This document shows positions 51,770 through 64,000 of a stretch of DNA of 64,000 nucleotides, in pieces. The stretch covers positions 195,172-259,171 of the forward strand of contig NW_003314349.1 of the NCBI RefSeq assembly GCF_000143415.4, in the 5' to 3' direction. The stretch is from Selaginella moellendorffii (lineage: Eukaryota; Plantae; Lycopodiophyta). A program made the position numbers and the translations under genes. The notes under the pieces were generated by a model. The model was not told the DNA's origin and made no database searches. It was given only the letters and a program-made list of their open reading frames with translations. Each line of letters opens with the position of its first letter. The first letter of the stretch is position 1.

Positions 51770-52445
51770 GGATAGGCTCCCAGCGTAGCAGGCTTCTCAT
51801 TGCTTCTCATTACACTGCCTCTTCCTTGTTCTCTATAGAAAACTTCCTCATCAAGCACGTCGCCCTATGGTGAGTAATCTCTTCTGCATATCCTGGAATT
51901 CTGTTTCAGGGAACACGCATGCCGAGGACAGCTACGTCGGAGAGAAGACCACCCGGATGGTGAAACTGGCCACGAGTTATGTCAAGGAGTCCCTTGGAGG
52001 AACCAAGGACGATGCTCTCTTCTTCTGCGACTCTGGAACCACTGCAGCTGTGAAAAAGCTCCACGAACTTTTGGGCTTGTCGGTGCCACCCCAAATGAGA
52101 GACTCATCCGTGGCATCGATGACAGGTGTTCATAACCACCCGTGTCCCCCGTGTCGAGCAGACCTCCGCCGAGCTGTGTGTCTGCTCGTGAGGGGTTTCG
52201 GCGGTGTGTGCCGTTTGTAACGAACATCATCTTCCCCGAGGCAAAGTCTTGCTGACAATCTGTCAACTGTTTAAACTACAGGTTATTCTGACCGATGATG
52301 GATTGATCGACATGAAGCACCTCGCTGCATGCACGCCGTCCAAAGCTAACGGGGGATACCAGCCATCGCTCGCCTTCTACACAAACATGGAGCAGTATAG
52401 CATGCTTTGATTTGGCAAGCTGGTAAGACGAGATCAGAACGAAAA
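51770..52445 (+). pseudogene. Decayed + strand relic of the class-V PLP enzyme (exons 1-3)
   Basis: IENFLIKHV, GNTHAEDSYVGEKTTRMVKLATSYVKESLGG, DGLIDMK, with indels and filler. Confidence 0.85.
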
Positions 52446-52449
52446 GTGA

Positions 52450-55400
52450 TTGTTTAGAATTTTTGGGTAGCTGTTACAATGACCATCATAGAATATCTTT
52501 TGTCTTTAATATTTGATACATGCTCAGGAAAAAAATGAATATCCCTAGGTATCTTGCCTTTTAGTCCGTTTTATACATTAGTAAACATGTGTATACACAA
52601 ATTTAGTTTTTTTATAAGATCGATTTTATATATGTACACAAATTTAGTTTTTTTATAAGATTGATTTTTGATACACCAAATCCCTTATTTGAGATTGATT
52701 TGCAATTTCATACTTCTTAAACAACTAGTTTCCTTGTCTATAAAGATTGTATTTTTGTCTGACTTCACCATATTTGCTATTTCATATTGTTTTATGAGAT
52801 TTTGGTAGGCAATAATAGTTTTTTTAAGTCATCAAAATTTATATGAGCTCTCTTTATCACATATTCACGATAAATTTTCATATATAGATGTAGGTGCATT
52901 TTGTCTGATACTAAGTCTTTACATTGTTTATAACATTTAATTGAGTTGTATATTCCTTGATTGTTTCAGATTTTGCTTGATAAAGTTTTTGTAGTTCATT
53001 ATAATTTTCTCCTGGGTTTGTTTCCATGAAAAAATCTTTAAAGAAATTTTTTGTCTATTTATCAAATGTGCCAAGCTTTTTGACATCATTATTATAATAC
53101 TAATCTTTGGCTTTGCTTTTTAGTGTATAGCGGAAAAGATTTTTTCCTGTCTATCTACTTGATTAAGCTTAATTGCTTCTATGTATTTCTCAATATACAG
53201 TTGTGGGTCTTTTCCTTTAATCCTAGAAAAAGATGGATATGTGATGATGGTATTTATTGCTATTCCTGCAATTGCCATCATGTTCATTGCAATTTGATAG
53301 AAAATGCTCTATTTTGCAACTAATATAGACAAAATAGGTATTTGGTTCATAAAGAACCTAAATCATCGTTAGAGGGTTTATAAATTTAACTAATCTGCCT
53401 TTTATAGAGTATCACTTTAATTGTTTTGTGTTCCACTACTCTCAGTTGAAGTAGAGGCATTTTCTATGTGCCAATGCTGCCAAAGAGAATAGCATATGGA
53501 TTTACGTATTTTGGATGACCATCAAAGTCGTATTGGGATTTTTAATTTCCTTTTCATTGAGGTGTACTTAATATGCTTTCAGCTCACTCTCTTTCAAATT
53601 TTTCTTTAATTTGGTTAAGTAATGATTTAGTTTGTTATGAAGGGAGGTCAAGATTGCAAATATCATGAGCAAGTACTCTATAATCTCGTTTTAGATCTTG
53701 TGAATACTTCTTTTCAGACTACCTTCTACTATTCAAATTGTAAGGGAAATATTGTATATCTATTACCTTATACAGTGATAATTTTATATATAGGGACTAT
53801 TCCTTTTAAAGCTTTATAGGTAAGATCAATTGTTAGTCTATGCCTATATATTTCCAGGTTTGTTGGCATTGTTATTATGGCAAGCCTAGTTATTATGCCT
53901 CGTTCGTGGAGTGAGTGGTACAAAGTTTTGGTATGAATTAATTCCCTTTGTAAATTGGCTTATCAATCATTCTTATGAGCAAACATTTAACTTCTCAATC
54001 AATTTTGAAATAGGGATGGCTTTCCTTTAGAGGCCAAATGTCTAGAACATTGCTTATACAAGAGTTCTAGGAATTTCTCGAGCAACAAATATTATTTTTC
54101 ATAGCATATCTGTCTTACTTAAGTGTGGTCCACTTTAAAAGATTTTAACTCCACAAAATTTTGTTGCCTATCAATCTAAATTTAGAATTGATCTAACATC
54201 TATTAGCCCAATTATCAATAAGTGTATTTCTACCTATGGGTATCTAAGCTTTATTGTGGACCATTAAAGTTCCTATAATAATGTCTTTGCCTAAGATTGC
54301 ATAGAATTATAGCAATTGTCTAGTAGGTAAAATTTTTTAAATCATTTGCAAGTTATAATACTCAAAATTTGCATCTAACTCGGATAGACAAACTATCTCT
54401 CTATCTAGGAAGAATCCTAGTGCTATTTTATTTTTGTATAGGTAACTCCTAGATATAAGTCTTGATTACACTATGTACCTACAAAGTAATCTAAGTGTAT
54501 TATCACACCTTTTTTGACAATAATAAAGGTACCAAGAGTCAGACTTCTATATGCCTTGAGCAGAATACTGTCAAGTATTTCACTCGGTAATTCATTGAGC
54601 TATTTAAGTAATTTTGTTAAATCTATCATTTGTTGGCATAATTAAGTATACAAAATAGTTTAGTTTTTGCTTTTTTATACTTTTGCCTAGTCACACAGAG
54701 TGGAGATCAGACAACTTCCATCTAATTCTATAAGAAAAATGTATCTTATGATAGGTGTGGTGAATTGCTAGTAAACATTCTTATTTTGTCTACCCTAATT
54801 CCCCCATTCAACTTTTATCAGGATAGTAGAGGGTCATCAATCCTTAATCTCTCCACCTATGTGTGCAGGAAGTCTTCGCCTTTTTGCTTATGTTTAGTGT
54901 AGTTAAGATTAATTTAGTGCAAAGTCTCTGGCACATAATACCCAATTCTAGAGTAGTTTGCCTACTTTGGCTTATAACCAACCTTGCCCTTATAACTATA
55001 GAATTAAAAAGAGTATTCAATTGTTCTTGGCAAATCTTGAGCAAACCTCTTTTAAATGGTTCAACACTAGGGACTAATTTGAATGGGGCATGGAGATCAA
55101 TCCGTGAAATTTCATTATATAATCAATACAAGAGTTAAATTATTTAGCACATGATAGTTGTTCTAGATCAATTTGCTTGTGGAATGACTTTAGATAGCTT
55201 TTCAAACATATGATAACTAATTCGTGGAAGATTTTGCTTTAGATATAGACAAAAATTGTTTTTTAAGGTAAAGTTTTCTCTAGCATATTCGCCAACAGGC
55301 AATTATGGTCAATACAAATCTTTGTTCAAGCTTGTATGATAAATTTTTAGCTTTGCAATGTATTTCAAAATTTTTGGAAGTGTTTAAGGTTATTTCACCT

Positions 55401-57290
55401 TTTTAAACAAAACCCTTATCTAATATCTTTAAGTTTATTCTAGCTCTTTAAAGATCAAAGTGTGTCTCCAAGATTGATGCATTTGCCTAACAACAAGTTC
55501 TATAACTCTCTATTCCATGTTTATAGCATGAAGCCTCTCAACTGCTTTGTCTGGCAAAAACTCAATTAACACATAAGGTGATTTATATATTCCAAACATA
55601 GGCAAAAATTGAGTTACAACTCTTATTCTAATAATTGTATAATTTTGCCTATATGCAAAATATTGACTATCTAGGAATTATCTTTTGTAAGGATGTTTAC
55701 GTCTCACAAAGGGTGGTTCACACCTTGCAAAAGGTGTTTCATGCCTAAAGTGATGAGTATTTCCTTTAACAATTTAGTTTGCTTAACTAGTTTGAAAAAT
55801 GAATTTTCATGTCTATTCACTTGTATATTTGTTCTTTGTCTATACCTCATTTTAGAGGATATAGGGCATATTTCATGTGATTGCCCTTGATTTCTCCTTA
55901 TGGGGCTAGATGTTATGTGAATGCTCTCAGAATCTATAGGAGAGTGATAACTTTCACACTAAACAGTGTTTGCAAGCTCTCTTTATATAATAGATAAGCT
56001 TTGATTAATTCATTTAAGTGTACTAAACATAAAGTGGTTTGAACGGTTATAGTGGTTCATGATAACTATTTCCAAATTTTCAATTTTATGAGTCTTGTTT
56101 GAGTCTTATAAGCTCTTGTAATATGCATAGAAGAAAACTGTATATGAGTAGTAGTTAATGCTAAAGGACTTTGGATCAAAGTCTTGAGACAACACAATGT
56201 TTTAATTATAATTTTGCTTCTATTAAAGCCTCATAAGATTTGGGTGAATAGTTCCTCAATTTATTCTTCACTAAGACTGACTTTAACTTTCTTTAAACTA
56301 GAGTCAAAAACAAAAGTTATAAGTGCCTAATTTTCCTATTTATGTATGCCTAGAAAAATTGTGACACGCTACTAAAAAAAGTGTCTTTTAAAAACCCAAG
56401 TGAGAATTTGCTTAGAAGGAAAGAATTCTAGAGTAGTTGATTGTGTCTTCCATATCAAACAAACTCCATTCCTTTTTTTTTTTGGATTTTTCTCAAGAAA
56501 TTGTCGGTAAAACAATTTAAACTTGAGTTTTTTAGTAATGTATGTTGTACTTCAATTTTAAACTCGTCCTATGCTCTATAACTTTAGTGATAGTTGAAAA
56601 ACTATATTTCTTATGTTGTTTAGGCACTAAGCCACTACAATTACTAGAAGACATTTTTCGTTCATTGTTGTTTAGGCTTAAGGCCTTTAGAATCATTGAA
56701 GTGATCTACTTGTGAATCCTAATGCTTGACATGTTTGGAATTCACAAGGAATTTTCTCTCAGTTGTTTTTCAAGCTAAAGAGTGATGGCTTATCCTACCA
56801 TAGTTGTTAAAAGTGAGTAAGGCTTTTTCTACTTGTACTCATGTTCTTGCCCATGCCTGCAAAATAGTGACAAAAAACATAGATAAGAATGTAAAAGAAA
56901 AAGAGAGAAGAAAATAGAAAATAATAGAACTCAGCCTCAAACCCCAAAGGCGTGAGTAATAATAAGTATATGTTATTTTTTAACTTTACTTTGTACAAAC
57001 AATCATAAGTGGGAGAAAAAATGGTTAATTCAATGCAAATGCATACAATAGTGAGCGAGGGTTATTTTTTAGCACGTCTAAGTGTTATTTATATACTACA
57101 TGATTTTATAACTGTTTTTAACTATTTCATGTTTGTCTATGACAAGCATTGCTTAAGTCAAGTTTTCTTTTTTGGATACTTAAGCTTAGGCATAATTTCA
57201 TTTCATCTAAGCTTCTTTCTTCTGCTCTATTTGGGAAGATATACAAAATAAAACATTTACCTCTTCATCAAACATTGCCAAAGTCTGAAT
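52450..57290. mobile_element. About 4.8-kb AT-rich degenerate insertion, unclassified (possibly Helitron-like)
   Basis: Interrupts the array at both ends and has no long ORF. Only weak helicase-like words on the - strand (AIAGIA near 53260). Confidence 0.3.
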
Positions 57291-57296
57291 TAATAA

Positions 57297-57865
57297 TTCT
57301 AAGAAGAATACCATGCTATCTTCCATGGTATTTCCAAAATATACAAGTCACTTTGCTTGAGAGGTTAAGCAAAGATTATTAAACTGCTAAAACATTGATA
57401 AAAGTGCACCTAGATCTAATCACATATCAAGCCACAGAAAATCATCAAATAAATCAGACATAATAATTACTTCTCTAAACCACTAAAAGATGACTGTGTT
57501 TGGGTGTCCAAAGCAATGCTCAGTCTTCATTTCTTCCCTTCACTCAATCCATGCGAGAACCACTATCTCCAAGCCCCATCTCACTGTCAACCATCTCCTC
57601 TTTTGGCTGCGTGGTAGGCTGCCTCAAATAAGCAGAGTAAGTGATTGTCTCCAGAACAGTGAGCTTTCCCAGCAAAACATGCTCTTGATTTACATAAGCA
57701 TCTGATAGAAAGCTTCAGAATCACTAAATCAAATGTTTATACACACAGCAGTCCCATGCCTCATGTTTGTCTGGAAATTCCCATTGGATCCTTCTCGCCC
57801 CACAATCTACCTGTGATGAACGACAATGCAAGAATCTTAGTCTCAAACACGTGCTCAATCTTTAG
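57297..57865 (-). pseudogene. Inverted, decayed ABCG relic (exons 2-4)
   Basis: Same relic as 13328, 49390 and 63435. Confidence 0.75.
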
Positions 57866-57995
57866 AGAGTCTTGCGAAGTCACTGAAAGACTCGTTGACT
57901 TTGGAGATGGGTTGCGTAAAGTATATATATCCCAACACAAACTTTTGTTTGAATTGATGCGAAACGAATGTACTAGTACATAGCGCTCAAGAACC

Positions 57996-60062
57996 CTAGA
58001 ATCGGAAGGTAACGAGCTCGGGATCAATGCCGGCGGGCGCCGTGCTGCTCTGTCCTGGATCGTGAGCCAGTTGCTTGGCAATCGCCATAGCGGTACCCAG
58101 GTAATCTTTATGCTGCTGGAGCAGTGGGAGTTTGGTCCATTCCTTGTGTAATGTGGCCTTGGCGGTGGTGTTGATGCTGTTCTTCTCCTCGTATTTCCAG
58201 TTCCCAGTCTGCCACTCGAACTCGTAGAGGGGGAGAAAGCGCTGGCCATAGTCCGCCACGAACTCTATGGCGCACAGCAAGAAATGGAACTCTTCCTTGG
58301 AGAGGAAGTATGCGAAGTTCAAGCGCGTCCATCCAGGTTTGACACCGCTATATCCCTGTGAGAAAAAAAAAAAGTTCTTTCCTCGTTAGCAAAAGCTCCT
58401 TGGCGAAACCTTCTATTGTTTTGCTTCTCAACCTCTTGAATTGCTGCTCGAAATTTCAGGGAGAGCTCATCACTGACTTTGAGAAGCGAGTGGCCGTAAG
58501 GACCGGCACACGAGCACCCTCCTCTCGACTGGATCCCAAACAAATCGTTGAGGAGCTTGGCTACAAACCGGCCTTGCAGCACGGTTTGCTGGATTCCACC
58601 GTTGGAATCAGTGGTCCGGACGACGAACGAGACGATCGCTGCTCGTTTCACTTGCTTGTTCCCGAGCACCACTATCTTTCGGTTCTTGGACAACCTTTTC
58701 AACGCGGTGGTGATGAAGATGTGCTCTCTCGACTCGATGAGACGGTATCCCATTTCTTCTTGGACAGTGAAGACAATCCCGGCTTTTATCCGCTGGAGTA
58801 TGGAAGGTGTTCCAGCGTCTTCTCGGCTTTCAATGTCCTCCAGGTAGAGTGTGTCCTGGTATGAGTTTGTTTAGTGTTGGTTTTCTTTTTTCTTTCGCTG
58901 GAAAGGGAACTGACCTCTTTGTTGTAGTTGACGAAGTCTACCACTCCTCCGCCTGTTGTCGACGGTGCGTGATCCTTGAGCTTGTAGAGCTTTTTGTTCA
59001 TGCAAAGCAGGCCCGGCGTTCCTGGCCCTCCGACATACTTGTGTGGACTCAGCATCACAGCATCGTATCCATCAGCTTTTCGCGATCGCATGTTGATCTT
59101 CACATATGGACCACTGTTGATCAGATTCGGCAAGTAAGCTTCGTTTCGTCCTTGGTAAAAGATCTCGTCTTACCAGCTGGCGAAATCAAAACATGCTAAT
59201 GCTCCATGTTTGTGTAGAAGGCGAGCGATGGCTCTAGTGTCCGCTAAAACTCCCGTGACATTACTGCAAGCGGAGAAGGAGCCAAGCATTGGACGATCTG
59301 CGTGCTTGGGATTTTGCAGCTCCTCTTCGAGGTACTTCATGTCAATCAATCCATCCTCGGTCATTGGAACTTGAATAACCTGTGGTTTAAACAGTTGACA
59401 GATTGAAAGAAACGAAAAAGCCCAACCTCGGCAAGACTTTGCCTCCAGGGAAGAAGGTTGGAATGATGCTCGTATGGGCCTATGAACACCAGCCATCTCT
59501 TCCAGTCATCGATCGCTGCCACGGCTGACTCTCTCATCTGGGGCGGTACAGACAAGCCCAAAAGCTCGTGGAGCTTTTTCACAGCTGCAGTGGTTCCAGA
59601 GGCGCAGAAGAAGAGAGCATCATCCTCGGTTCCTCCCAGGGACTCCTTGACATAACTCGTGGCCAGTTTCACCATCCGGGTGGTCTTCTCTCCGACGTAG
59701 CTGTCCTCGGCATGCGTGTTCCCTGAAACAGAATGCAGCGGGTCCAGATATGCAGAAGAGGATTCACGGCTTTACTCACCGTAGGACGGCATGACGTGCT
59801 TGATGAGGAAGTTTTCTATATAGAACAAGCAGCGGCCAGAGGCAGTGTAATCGGCATAAGTGAGAGGCCTGCTGCCGAATGGTGTGGAGATTTGGAGCTG
59901 GGAGCCGATGATCTGGGATCTGAGCCAGACACACTTTTGCTCATCGTCAAAGGGCCTGAAGAACTTGAAAGGATTGGGCTTGAAGTCTGGCTGCCAATCC
60001 TCCTCGATGCTGGGAGTTACCTCGCCGACCTTGGAAGCCGACTTTGGAGCAAAGCACCTCAT
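57996..60062 (-). CDS. Class-V PLP cysteine-desulfurase-like enzyme, copy E
   Basis: Six exons, motifs intact (CASGTT variant). Only about 615 bp from the divergent ABCG start. Confidence 0.87.
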
Positions 60063-60676
60063 CGTCTTGCTGGTGAGCCTCTCTTACTTTGCTTGTAATA
60101 CGTTCGCTACTGTAAGACATCGTTTGCAAACTTACCTTGTTCTTAACACTCCAGCTCCTCTTCAGCCATCACAAATATCCTGTTTTAGTGCACCGCGTGA
60201 GGAAAATGTCTTCACAGATGCCCAATGGATTTCTGTCCTATTTTTCCAGATCACTTTAGGAGAAACATGGTCAAGGAAACGACATGTTTTGTCAACCTTG
60301 GCAAATTCTAAGCACCCGTCGCCTTAGTGGAGAGGTACGTCGGCGTGATTATGAAGTCCTAGTCTTTTGTTGACAAGCTTCTTCCTTGCAGAGCATTGAG
60401 GCGTGACATGGAAGAATTTAATTACCTTTCGAAAAGACAAGATATGTCCAGAGAGCGGTCCTTGGAATGCCAAAGTTCCTGAGAAGAAGACACTCGAGAG
60501 TTTGGAGAATTTCGAGAGTTTGGATAGACTTTGAATGGGAAAGTCAAGTCAACACAAGAAAGAAAGTAAACAATATTTTACACTATTAATCTCCTACGAA
60601 TCGAAGATCTTACCGTGTTACAATAGCTGAAAGTCCAAGTCTAACTTGGAGAGCTATAAATCTTACCCAAGTGTTC

Positions 60677-63105
60677 ATGAGAAAGAAGAATTGATATATT
60701 ATTATGGATGTGGCATGGAAGGATTTGAGTGTGAGCGCGAGCAATGGACGAGTGTTGCTGGAGAGTATGTCCGGCTATGCCCAGAGCGGCCAAATCACCG
60801 CGATCATGGGTCCTTCGGGATCCGGAAAGTCCACCTTGCTCGATGCGCTTGCTGGTATAGTTTTCCAAGATTGATTTGGGTGCAATAGATTAAAGCTCGA
60901 GATTCTTGCATTGTCGTTCATCACAGGTAGATTGGCCAAGAATGCGAGGCGAGAAGGATCCATTTTTGTGTGACCAAAGGATCATCCATTGCGGCAACGT
61001 GATTGCTCAGCTACACGAAAGTAATAACACCGTCAGAACATCATACCAGAATGGGAATCTCCAGACGAACATGAGGCATGGGTCTGTGGTGTGTATATAA
61101 ACATTTGATTCTGTGATTCTCAAACTTTCTGTCATAGGCCTATGTGAAACAAGAGGATGTTTTGCTGGGAACACTCACTGTTTTGGAAACAATCACTTAC
61201 TCTGCTAACTTACTCGCTGCCGCGAAGCCAAAAGATGGAGATAGTTGAGAGTGTGATCACTGAGATGGGGCTTGGAGATTGCAAGCATACAGTGGTGGGA
61301 GGTTGGTTCTCGTGTGGATTGAGCGGAGGGGAGAAACGAAGAGTGAGCATTGCTTTGGAGATTCTAACACAGCCATCTCTTTTATTCATGGACGAACCAA
61401 CCAGTGGTTTAGACAGGTGATATTTATATGATTTTTAAGTCCGGCTTATCGTAATTTTTATTTGATGTTCTTCTTTGCAGTGCATCCGTTATTATGTCAA
61501 TTCACCAGCCAAGTAGCGAAGTGTTTGAGCAGTTTGATAATCTTTGCCTACTATCTCAGGGTGCACTGGTATATTTTGGAGTTGCCATGGAAGCTAGCAT
61601 GGTACTTTTCTCAAATTTAATATTCTTTATGGTTTATATTTTATTTTAGTTTTTCGACAGTGCTGGATTTCCTTGTCCTCTCCGAAGAAATCCATCAGAC
61701 CACTATCTTAGAGTTATTAATTCCGATTTTGACAATGTTCAAAACAAGTTTAAGGTATTCATTTGTACTTTTTCTTAGAGTGTTTTTCTTAATATTCATC
61801 TCAATTTGAACAGGAAGATATTGAAACTCAAGAAATAGTTCCAGCTTCTGAAGCAATCAAAGTGCTTACAAATGCATTTCAAAATTTGCATTTGAGATCC
61901 CTCCACACAAAAGTTGACATTCTTTGTGTGACTAAGGTGAACCTTCTAAACAGTTTGTGAGACACACCTAAATGACTTGATTTTTTAGAATATTATGATT
62001 ATTAATGGATTACTATTTATAGAATGAATGATCCAGATGCAGGAGTTCTCCATCAGCTTTCCACGTTAACTAGAAGATCATTTATAATTATGACAAGAGA
62101 TATTGGATACTATCGGCTGAGAATCTTTGTATACTTTATGCTTAGCATCGTTATTGGCAGTATATATTTTAATGTTGGCACTAAATACAACTCCATTGCA
62201 GTAAGAGAATACCAAAAAATATTCCTAACCATGGTTAAGCTCGTTTGTTTTTTTTTTAAGGCAAGGATTGGCTGTATGGCTTTTATTGGTAAATTTCTTA
62301 CATTTATGTCAATTGGAGGTTTTCCATCTTTCATTGAAGAGATTAAGGTATAGGATAGTTCTCAATTGTCTTGCTTTCATATCCAGTGATATTTTCTTCA
62401 GGTTTTTAATCATGAGAAACAAAATGGTTACTATGGTCTCATTGTGTTTACTCTCTCAAACACACTTTCTTCCATTCCTTATATCCTTCATATTTCATTG
62501 ATATAAACAAGTGTATTTTATAATATGGTTAAACTCCACCCAGGCTTTGATCACTTCATTTTTTTTTGTGTTGAAATTATTTGCAACTGTGACTGTGGTG
62601 GAGAGCTTGATGATGTGTGTAGGATCAATTGTTCCCAATTTTCTCATGGGAATAATTACAGGATCTGGAATCTTGGTAAAATCTCTTTATATTTCTTAAA
62701 CTGTTTCTAATGCGATTTTTCAGGGGTTATTCATGCTTGTTGACGGATTTTTTAAACTTGCTAATGAACTGCCAAAAGGCTTTTGGAAATATCCAATGCA
62801 TTATATAGCATTTCAAACATATTTATTTCAGGTTAAACAAATATTATTTATTTTCCAAAAAATTATAACAGGGTCTTTATGAAAATGATTTTCAAGGGCT
62901 TGAGTTTCTATCTGGAACAACAATTCTTAAACAATATCAAATAGATCTCTCAAGATCTAAATGGTTGAACTTTATAATCCTGTTAAGCATGATTTTGGTT
63001 TATCGAGGAATTTTTATTACTATCATCAAACTCACTCAGCTCATAGATGGGAAAATTCTGATGTTTAAAATTAATAGTAGGACCTCTAAGAAAATAAATG
63101 CTTAA
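60677..63105 (+). pseudogene. ABCG copy 3, pseudogene
   Basis: TGA at codon 6, 79-nt insertion at 60971-61049, frameshifting deletion near 61207, deletion near 61488, TAA near 62504, and deletion in the last exon. Confidence 0.85.
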
Positions 63106-63434
63106 AATTAAAAGTATGGCTTCGTGAGCTTGTCATTCACGTTTCACTTGTCATATTTATAAATGATCTTCTGGCATCTAGTAAGTGTCACCCAAATTGT
63201 CTTCAACCTTCACCTAACTTTTGTGTGGGGTGGAGTTCAAATGCAAACTGAGAACTAGAACATAATATGCTTTTGTAAGAAATGCATTTGTAAGCACTTT
63301 GATTGCTTCGTAATTATCTTTTGAGTTAGCCAAATGCCTTAGTCTAATATCTTCCTGTTCAGATCATTAAGAAAAATTTCCTAAAAAGCTATACAGATGA
63401 AAATACCTTAAACACTGTCAAAGTCCAAGTCGAT

Positions 63435-64000
63435 AATTCTAAGAAGAATACCATGCTATCTTCCATGGTATTTCCAAAATATACACTTGAGAGATTAAGA
63501 AAAGATTATTAAACTGCTAAAACACTTTGCTACTTGTCTGATGAATTTGACATGATAAAAGTGCGCCTACATTTGCACAGAAAATCATCAAATAAATCAG
63601 ACATAATAATTACTTCTCTAAACCACTAAGACATGACTGCGTTTGAGTGTCCAAAGCAATGCTCACTCTTCATTTCTTCCCTCCACTCAATCCATGCGAG
63701 AACCACTGTCTCCAAGCCCCATCTCACTGTCAACCATCTCCTCTTTTGGCTGCGTGGTAGGCTGCCTCAAATAAGCAGAGTAAGTGATTGTCTCCAGAAC
63801 AGTGAGCTTTCCCAGCAAAGCATGCTCTTGATTTACATAAGCATCTGATAGAAAGCTTGAGAATCACTAAATCAAATGTTTATACACACCGCAGTTCCAT
63901 GCCTCATGTTTGTCTGGAAATTCCCATTGGATCCTTCTCGCGTACCTGTGATGAACGACAATGCAAGAATCTTAGTCTCAAACACATGATCAATCTTTAG
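63435..64000 (-). pseudogene. Inverted, decayed ABCG relic (exons 2-4)
   Basis: Same relic that precedes both UGTs. Confidence 0.75.

Overview
This is plant nuclear DNA with very short GT-AG introns (about 47-80 nt) and tight gene packing. A compact lycophyte genome such as Selaginella is my inference. 1-10.3 kb is an ordinary single-copy block: partial TPX2 (-), a DUF1645-like Ser-rich gene (+), zf-HIT/DEAD-box helicase RH41/DDX59 (-) and a PRR7-type clock gene (-) whose receiver keeps the phospho-acceptor Asp. 11-64 kb is a tandemly amplified, rearranged array of three unrelated genes: a PLP fold-type I class-V cysteine-desulfurase-like enzyme (4 apparently intact copies plus relics), an ABCG half-transporter (2 intact copies, 1 pseudogene, fragments) and a family-1 UDP-glycosyltransferase (2 intact copies). 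The PLP enzyme and ABCG form a head-to-head pair. The UGT sits inside an old inverted, decayed copy of that pair. This enzyme + glycosyltransferase + exporter unit is a candidate specialised-metabolite or detoxification gene cluster. The array also carries 5S-rRNA-bearing Cassandra TRIMs (one complete element and one solo LTR, both with 5-bp TSDs), other LTR remnants, a decayed Mutator-like transposase and captured gene fragments. All family calls come from motif recognition; no database search was run.
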